Source: an uncultured Gammaproteobacteria bacterium (GTDB taxonomy: Bacteria > Patescibacteriota > Patescibacteriia > UBA9934). From it: a DNA stretch of 64,000 bases. Numbering within the stretch: position 1 is the stretch's first letter; each line of letters opens with the position of its first letter. Location of the stretch: NCBI GenBank assembly GCA_964582615.1, contig CAZORP010000002.1:38865-102864 (forward strand), in the 5' to 3' direction. A program made the translations under genes and the position numbers. Below, in pieces: positions 56,410 through 64,000 of the stretch. The notes beneath the pieces were generated by a model. It was not told the DNA's origin. It made no database searches and saw nothing but the letters and a program-made list of their open reading frames with translations.

Positions 56410-58809
56410 TTAAAAAGAAAAAAGATGTCGTTTATTTCTGAATACCCAGTACCCACCAGCGCCAAGAGTTCCGAGAATTCCTGATCCGCCAAGTGCGAAT
56501 GAAAAGGGAACTGAGGGTTCTTTGGCGTGAATTTCTTCAGATGGTCTTAAGGGTTGTGCCGGTGTTTGTGATAGTGATCCTGTTATTTTTGAGATTATAG
56601 GTGAATGTTCTTGTTTGGTGATTTTTTGCACATCATTAAAGGATCTTGGAAGAAGAATAAGCTTTCCATCTTCATGGCGAGATATTCCAACGATATGAAA
56701 TCGATCGCCAACGGAGAGTCCGCTAAACGCCTTTGTCTTTGCGTCATCTCTTCCAAAGAAAGTGTCACCTTCGGTGGTGAGAAATTGAAAGAGCCCATCT
56801 TCTTTTCCCTGAAGAGATCCTTCCGCAAAGAGTAATGATGATTCGTAAGATGTGATTTTTGAATCTTCCGCAATCGCCTCGGATGCGGTTTCGTGAACGA
56901 TGAAGATGTCATCTGCTGAAGTTATGACAATTCTTGGAACATCCTCCTGAAGGGTGATTTTTCCTTGAACGCGAAGTGTCATTTCTTGAGTGATTGTTGG
57001 CCATGAGGCTTTGTAAAAATATACCTGTATACCCTGAAGGTACATTGTTCGTTTTCCAAAGATTCCGGGAACCGCAAGAACATTTCCTTGGTAGCTCACA
57101 AGTTCTCCTTCGGCAAGTGAAGAAATTTCCTCGCGAAGAATTGATCGATAAGATGAAGGGATTTTTTCTTCATCACGTTGTTTCTCCTTGACTGATATTT
57201 TTGGTGATTCTTTTACTTGTGTGAAAGATATTTCCTGAACTTGAGGTGCTTCAATTAGGGATGTTTTGGTCTGAGAATGATTTGCTCCTGAAGAAGTTTC
57301 TTCAGGGGAAGGAGAAGCTCCTTGAGTGGGTGAAGGCTCGTTGATGGATTCGGTGATCGTGGTTTTGATGATTTCATACGTGGGAATCATGGGTGATTCG
57401 TTTGATTTCTCTTCTAGTGAAGAAGTTGTTTGAGTTTGTTGTGTTGTGCAAATATTTTCTCCCTCGGGAGTCGGCGTGAGCGGCATTTTCCAAGCATCAT
57501 TACAGCGTCCTGCGGAAAAGCCTTTTGGTGGTGCGGGAAAAGTTTCTGTTCCGTACGTGAGGGTAAAGAATACGGTTCCATCAATAGTTTTAAGCTGAAG
57601 AGTATCTCCGTTGTTGTTAAGTTTTCCTTTTGGATTTCTAAGAAGGAGAAGGTGATGCGCGGGAAGCATTTCTTCGATAACCGTTTGTTTTCCTGAGCCT
57701 TCTTCAAACACAACGCTTCCTGAGGGAACATCTGCATTACCGGTATTTTCTATCTCAACCCATTCATCTTCCGAGATGGGGGAGCTAAGAAATTCTTGAA
57801 TGTGCACGCCAATAAGCGAAATGATTTCTCGTGGCGACGGTGATGGTGTGGGAAGTGGGTGTGGATCATCTTCTTGCATGGGTTCTTCCGCGACTTCTTC
57901 CGATGAAGTTACTATCAAAGGTTCTGGAAGAAGAAAATCCTGCATTGACGTCACTTCCTCATCTTCAGAAGGATCTTTTTGAGGTTCTTGAACGAGTTCC
58001 TCGGTGAGATCTTCTTCGTGAGGATCTATTGCACTATCGAGAGAATCTTCTTGCGGGTCATATTCTTCGATAGTTGCTTCGGTGTCTGTAGAGGCCTCCT
58101 CCCGAGTCTCGATTTCTATAAGCGTGTCTTCTGTGGAGGGTGTAGCACTCCCCGGAACCTCATTTTCTGAGGATGAAGGCGTCTCTAAGGTGGGACTGTT
58201 ATTTGCAAGAGAAGACTCCTCAGAGATCTCGGCTTCCGCGATCAAAAAGAATTCTTCAGGTGGAGCTCCGGGTGTTCCGCACCACGCTCCATGCAAATCG
58301 TCGTAGCATTGTTGCGATGTTTTCCACGCTCCCCATTCTCCTTGCTCTGCGCTTGCGTGAGGATTTGTTCTCCCAAAACTCGGGGTTGTGTAGGTAAAGC
58401 TATCAAGAATATTTCCTTGAACATCTTTGAGCTGAAGATTTCCCTGTGTATTGGGAATACTCAAATGTGCAGTAACAAGGTTTGGCGCTACGCTAAGTAC
58501 ACTCTTAGCGTCGCCAAGATTGTAATTGGCGACAAGAAATACTTGATGTGAGTTAAGTTCGTAGGCGGGAAGTACGAGAGGATCACTTCCTGATGCGCCA
58601 GTCACAACAATGCCGTCAAGATTTATGGCGCTGTTGGTTGGATTGAAGATTTCCAACCACTCATCGGCGGTTGATAGAGGAGATCCTCCCCATGCGACTT
58701 CTGAAAAAATGAGTCGGTAGTCTTCTTTTTGGATTTCCTGCGCACGTGCAGAAAGAGCACCGAAGAAGAGCATAATGCTAAGGATTCCTGTGCGAATAAC
58801 ATAGCTCAT
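56410..58809 (-). CDS. Surface protein with two lamin-tail-domain (LTD)-like modules, a long acidic/Pro-rich linker and a C-terminal transmembrane anchor
   Basis: Signal peptide MSYVIRTGILSIMLFFGALSARAQE. LTD-like segments EVAWGGSPLSTADEWLEIFNPTNSAINLDGIVV and HIQEFLSSPISEDEWVEIENTGNADV. C-terminus GILGTLGAGGYWVFRNKR. Confidence 0.55.
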   Translation of the reverse strand: MSYVIRTGILSIMLFFGALSARAQEIQKEDYRLIFSEVAWGGSPLSTADEWLEIFNPTNSAINLDGIVVTGASGSDPLVLPAYELNSHQVFLVANYNLGDAKSVLSVAPNLVTAHLSIPNTQGNLQLKDVQGNILDSFTYTTPSFGRTNPHASAEQGEWGAWKTSQQCYDDLHGAWCGTPGAPPEEFFLIAEAEISEESSLANNSPTLETPSSSENEVPGSATPSTEDTLIEIETREEASTDTEATIEEYDPQEDSLDSAIDPHEEDLTEELVQEPQKDPSEDEEVTSMQDFLLPEPLIVTSSEEVAEEPMQEDDPHPLPTPSPSPREIISLIGVHIQEFLSSPISEDEWVEIENTGNADVPSGSVVFEEGSGKQTVIEEMLPAHHLLLLRNPKGKLNNNGDTLQLKTIDGTVFFTLTYGTETFPAPPKGFSAGRCNDAWKMPLTPTPEGENICTTQQTQTTSSLEEKSNESPMIPTYEIIKTTITESINEPSPTQGASPSPEETSSGANHSQTKTSLIEAPQVQEISFTQVKESPKISVKEKQRDEEKIPSSYRSILREEISSLAEGELVSYQGNVLAVPGIFGKRTMYLQGIQVYFYKASWPTITQEMTLRVQGKITLQEDVPRIVITSADDIFIVHETASEAIAEDSKITSYESSLLFAEGSLQGKEDGLFQFLTTEGDTFFGRDDAKTKAFSGLSVGDRFHIVGISRHEDGKLILLPRSFNDVQKITKQEHSPIISKITGSLSQTPAQPLRPSEEIHAKEPSVPFSFALGGSGILGTLGAGGYWVFRNKRHLFSF

Positions 58810-59003
58810 GGAATTAAATACAGGTGAATAAAACGACGTCGTGCAAAACAAAAACTCCCAAACATCGCAAAAATTGCGACGGGGAGTTTTGTCTGCCAAT
58901 CTACATTACCACGGTATTCTTCCGCGCATGGATGCCTGTGGAAAAGAAAAAACCGACCCCTACGTGTAAGGGTCGGTGCAGGGTGCGGCACCTATGATGG
59001 CCT

Positions 59004-59255
59004 CTATCGCCAAGGACGCTGGTGTGCCCTTGGGAAGGTTGAGCGCCTTTCGTGTCGCCGCGCATCCCTCAGATCAATGTGGACCGTCCGTTCGACGACG
59101 TCCACACTGTCGCTTGCCCTAGCCTCTTCGAGCAAGCGGAGAAGTCCTTCGCCGTCGCCTCGTATGACGACAGCGATGACGTGTTTTTTTCCATCACCGC
59201 CTGTGAAGGCGACGATGATGGAGGTGGTGCCTTGTGTCCGCGGTGGGTCGGACAT
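59004..59255 (-). CDS. Small (84 aa) hypothetical protein in G+C-rich islet 3
   Basis: Strong AAGGAGA ribosome-binding site 6 nt upstream of the ATG. Translation MSDPPRTQGTTSIIVAFTGGDGKKHVIAVVIRGDGEGLLRLLEEA... Confidence 0.45.
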   Translation of the reverse strand: MSDPPRTQGTTSIIVAFTGGDGKKHVIAVVIRGDGEGLLRLLEEARASDSVDVVERTVHIDLRDARRHERRSTFPRAHQRPWR

Positions 59256-59348
59256 TTCTCTCCTTGTTTTTCCCGAAATTGAGAAAAACATCACAGGTTA
59301 GCATATTTTTTGCTTTTTTTCAAGAGGAGCCTAAAAGGTCCTCGATAA

Positions 59349-59383
59349 TAAAAAACAACAAAGACATTCTTTGTTGTTTTTTT
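59349..59383. terminator. Bidirectional terminator abutting the tRNA-Leu 3' end
   Basis: aaaaAACAACAAAGacattCTTTGTTGTTttttt. Confidence 0.55.
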
Positions 59384-59467
59384 GGTGGGCGAGAAGAGAC
59401 TCGAACTCTTATGCATTACTGCACATGCTCCTAAGGCATGCGTGTATACCAATTCCACCACTCGCCC
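59383..59467 (-). tRNA. tRNA-Leu (anticodon TAG), type II, CCA encoded
   Basis: Reverse complement reads GGGCGAG-TG-GTG-GAATTGGTATA-CAC-G-CATGC-CTTAGGA-GCATG-TGCAGTAATGCATAA-GAGTT-CGAGTCT-CTTCT... with acceptor 3' CTCGCCC-A-CCA. Confidence 0.8.
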
Positions 59468-59529
59468 ATGGGTTTTATGAACATGTTCATGGTATCGAAT
59501 CTCGGAAAGTTGTGCAATAATCTCACTAT

Positions 59530-60639
59530 ATGGCTGATACATTCACTACGGTGACAAAGAAGGGGTACGGACAAAGACTTGCAGAGTCGGTAATGGGAGT
59601 TTTTTTGGGAATAGCCCTGTTTTTTGGATCGTTTGCAGTACTTTTTTCTAATGAGGGACGCCAAGATCTTGGGCGTATTGGGGAGGATTTTCTTCCTATT
59701 CAGCACGAAAGTGAACTTGGGGGCGTCTTGGGAAAAGGCGTTTCTTTTTCTGGAGAAGTAACAACGCAGGAGACGCTTCGTGATAGCCTCTATCTTCTCC
59801 CAGGATCGTATCTTGTCGTAGAAAGAATTCCTGAAATTTTTGCTTGGCAAGAAAATGCAACAACGCACAAGCAAGAGGCGGTTGGAGGAACCGAAACAAC
59901 GACAACGACATATACGTATACAACCGACTGGGTAACGCATCAAACGCCAACAACAAATTTTGCTCAACCCGTTGGTCACGATCAGGGTTTACAGCAGGAA
60001 TCTTCCGAGCGAAAACTTGCAGAACGTGTTGTTATGGGGTCTCGTGACCTCTCCCTTGCGGATGTTACACTTCCCGACTTTCAGCCGCTTGTGCTTTCCT
60101 CGGAAAATATCACCATTCCCGATCGTGCAGTTCTTGCGGGAAATATGCTCTATCTTCGTGGTGCCGATCCTCAGCATCCAAAAGTTGGAGATGAACGTGT
60201 GCGATTTTTAGTACTGCCAAGTGCCATGAGGGGAACCTTGTTTGCAGTTCCCTCGCAAACAAGCTGGGAGCCATTTGTAAAGAATGATATTCGCTTGTAC
60301 CGACTTTTTTCAGAGTCAAGAGAAGGGGCTCTTGCGCTTATGCATGGAGAATATCAGCATACACTTTGGGCATTTCGCATTCTTGGTTTTGTCATGATGT
60401 GGATGGGTCTTGGGTTAATGCTTGGGCCGCTACCTATGCTCCTTGCATTCTTTCCCTTTGCAAAAAATCTCGGAGGAGCGGTGGTGTTTGCAGTTACGGG
60501 GGCGGTCGCGCTCGTTCTTTCCGCAATCACCATACTTATTTCGGCATTTCTTCACAGTATTATCGCCATCGTGACAGTTGTAATATTGGTCGGATTAGGT
60601 TTTGGCGGAGTTTGGTATCGTCAGCGCACGGCTAAATAA
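59530..60639 (+). CDS. Membrane protein with one N-terminal and about three C-terminal transmembrane helices (TMEM43/DUF1625-like topology)
   Basis: 369 aa; large central soluble domain. Confidence 0.45.
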   Translation: MADTFTTVTKKGYGQRLAESVMGVFLGIALFFGSFAVLFSNEGRQDLGRIGEDFLPIQHESELGGVLGKGVSFSGEVTTQETLRDSLYLLPGSYLVVERIPEIFAWQENATTHKQEAVGGTETTTTTYTYTTDWVTHQTPTTNFAQPVGHDQGLQQESSERKLAERVVMGSRDLSLADVTLPDFQPLVLSSENITIPDRAVLAGNMLYLRGADPQHPKVGDERVRFLVLPSAMRGTLFAVPSQTSWEPFVKNDIRLYRLFSESREGALALMHGEYQHTLWAFRILGFVMMWMGLGLMLGPLPMLLAFFPFAKNLGGAVVFAVTGAVALVLSAITILISAFLHSIIAIVTVVILVGLGFGGVWYRQRTAK

Positions 60640-60640
60640 T

Positions 60641-61240
60641 ATGAGAATTCTTGGCGTTCATGGATTTCGCTCATCTCCACATCAGCATTTTTGGCCATGG
60701 CTCGTGCGCGAGCTTCGTGCGCAAGGACACGAGGTTATTGTTCCGGAATTACCAAACCCCGAAGCTCCAGATCCTGACGAGTGGACTAAAGTAATGCTTG
60801 ATGCGGCGCGTACGTTAAGCGACCAGGATATTCTTATTGGTCACAGTCTTGGCGGAGCTTTAGCTTTACGCTTTCTCGAAGCCGCAGAAGCTCGAACGGT
60901 GCCAAAGGCGTGCGTCCTCACATCCTCTCCCTGGCTTATTACTGATGAGCGTTTTCGTGGCTTTTTTCTCTCCGAGCTCGATCATGATGTGCTGATGTGG
61001 CGAGCTTCGCGCTTTGCGGTGATACACGCCAAGAACGATCCAGTAATACCTTATCGTCATGGAGAAAAGTATGCCGAGGTTTTTCATGCAAAGCTTTTTC
61101 TTCCCGAAGACGGCGGACATTTTAATGAACAAGAGTCTTATCCCATCATCCTTAACGTTCTCGAGGATCTCATTCGTGAGCCCATCGTATTCTCCCCAGG
61201 AAAAACACTTCCCGACGACTACGCAGACATTGTGCTGTAA
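60641..61240 (+). CDS. Alpha/beta serine hydrolase, RBBP9/YdeN-like (start at MRILGVHGF)
   Basis: Nucleophile elbow GHSLGG, followed by downstream Asp and His. Confidence 0.7.
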   Translation: MRILGVHGFRSSPHQHFWPWLVRELRAQGHEVIVPELPNPEAPDPDEWTKVMLDAARTLSDQDILIGHSLGGALALRFLEAAEARTVPKACVLTSSPWLITDERFRGFFLSELDHDVLMWRASRFAVIHAKNDPVIPYRHGEKYAEVFHAKLFLPEDGGHFNEQESYPIILNVLEDLIREPIVFSPGKTLPDDYADIVL

Positions 61241-61241
61241 A

Positions 61242-61270
61242 GAAAAAACGCCGAAATGGCGTTTTTGTTT
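61242..61270. terminator. Bidirectional terminator
   Basis: aaaaAACGCCgaaatGGCGTTtttg. Confidence 0.55.
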
Positions 61271-61694
61271 ATAGCGGCTCATCGCGATGATACGTTGATC
61301 CGTGAATGATGCTTAATCCCCGAAAGAGCTGTTCAAGAAGAAAAAGATGCGCAAGATCGTGTGTCGTGGTCATGGGTGAGAGGGAAATTTTTCTAAAGGG
61401 AGATTTTTCTTGTTGTGTAAAGCCATCGGGGCCACCAAGAATGCAGGTAAAAGTTTTTCCTGCATCGTTATATTCCTTAAGAACTTGAGAAAACTCTCGA
61501 GATGAAAAGAGTTTTCCAGCTTCATCAAGAAGGATGGCGTCGGACGGGGCTTTTTCAAGAAGAGCCTCTGACGTCTTATAAGAACGAATCTCAATGCTCG
61601 CGTATTTTTTTAAAGATCGAAGAAAGTTATCCCCAAGTTCACGAAATGCTCCCTGAGGAAGCGACCCTACGGTACACAGAATAATACGAAGCAT
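61269..61694 (-). CDS. rlmH: 23S rRNA (pseudouridine1915-N3)-methyltransferase RlmH (SPOUT)
   Basis: LLDEAGKLFSS...ILGGPDGF...SLSPMTTTHDLAHLFLLEQLFRG. Confidence 0.85.
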   Translation of the reverse strand: MLRIILCTVGSLPQGAFRELGDNFLRSLKKYASIEIRSYKTSEALLEKAPSDAILLDEAGKLFSSREFSQVLKEYNDAGKTFTCILGGPDGFTQQEKSPFRKISLSPMTTTHDLAHLFLLEQLFRGLSIIHGSTYHRDEPL

Positions 61695-61759
61695 AAGAAT
61701 AAATTTTAGCTAAAAAACGATGTTTTTAGAAGAGCAAAGTTTTGCACAGGGAGAAATGC

Positions 61760-61789
61760 TTGACAAGTTTTTTTAGAGGGGATACTATT
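61760..61789 (+). promoter_or_regulatory. Candidate rRNA promoter (TTGACA-18-TACTAT)
   Basis: Hexamers read directly, about 100 nt upstream of the 23S 5' region. Confidence 0.4.
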
Positions 61790-61889
61790 CTGCCGCACAT
61801 TCACAACTTCATATCGAGACGAAATCAAATGCATAATTTGCAATTCGCCAACCCACTCGAGCACAAAAAAGTTGTGCGTAGACAGTGGG

Positions 61890-64000
<2,111 letters not shown>

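Noticed and set aside
59052-59301. Plus-strand ORFs in G+C-rich islet 3
   Set aside because: No ribosome-binding site. The minus-strand frame has a strong AAGGAGA Shine-Dalgarno and a more protein-like sequence.

Overview
The window reads as a compact, gene-dense bacterial chromosome segment at roughly 45% G+C. It has mostly short intergenic spacers and many genes with overlapping stop and start codons. Several features together fit a small-genome Patescibacteria/CPR-like organism; this is an inference from content, and no database search was possible.

- **Replication origin.** The segment spans the origin: rpmH-rnpA-yidD on the minus strand diverge from dnaA and dnaN, with DnaA-box clusters on both sides of dnaA and an AT-rich unwinding element before dnaN.
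- **Housekeeping genes.** Clearly recognisable genes include rmuC (5'-truncated), rpsT, holA, polA, xerC/D, rpsO, pnp, a DksA-family protein, lspA, yifB, an M23/LysM peptidase, tig, nfo, an AlkD-like glycosylase, a class A PBP, a MsbA-like ABC exporter, a VIT iron transporter, a NifS-like desulfurase with ferredoxin and FAD reductase, an archaeal-type PGI/PMI, a Smr protein, galU, a sugar-binding protein, Wzy/Wzx-like envelope proteins, SpoIID, ruvB, a Nudix hydrolase, CapA, an RBBP9-like hydrolase and rlmH.
- **RNA genes.** There are seven tRNAs: His-GTG, Arg-TCT, Cys-GCA, Ser-CGA, Leu-TAA, Gly-GCC and Leu-TAG. A 23S rRNA begins near 61890 and runs off the window end; it has its own promoter and no 16S gene upstream.
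- **Pilin-like array (44431-47316).** Six tandem paralogous small secreted proteins look like TrbC/VirB2-type pilins. One carries a perfect in-frame 89-nt internal duplication.
- **G+C-rich islets.** Three short islets of clearly higher G+C (about 4975-5920, 7495-7955 and 59000-59290) each carry one small gene with its own promoter, ribosome-binding site or terminator. Each lies on the 3' side of a tRNA gene, and two of them bracket a XerC-like recombinase. They look like small acquired cassettes.
- **Orphan giant gene (35982-39296).** An A+T-rich 1104-aa protein with no recognisable family sits between tRNA-Ser and a duplicated terminator hairpin.
- **Smaller points.** These include a (CCCAAT)8 microsatellite inside a coding region, a NYN RNase gene lying between rpsO and pnp, large expansion segments in 23S domain I, an antisense overlap between the AlkD-like ORF and yidD, and several palindromes that may be operators.

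No CRISPR arrays, transposases or recognisable defence genes were seen.
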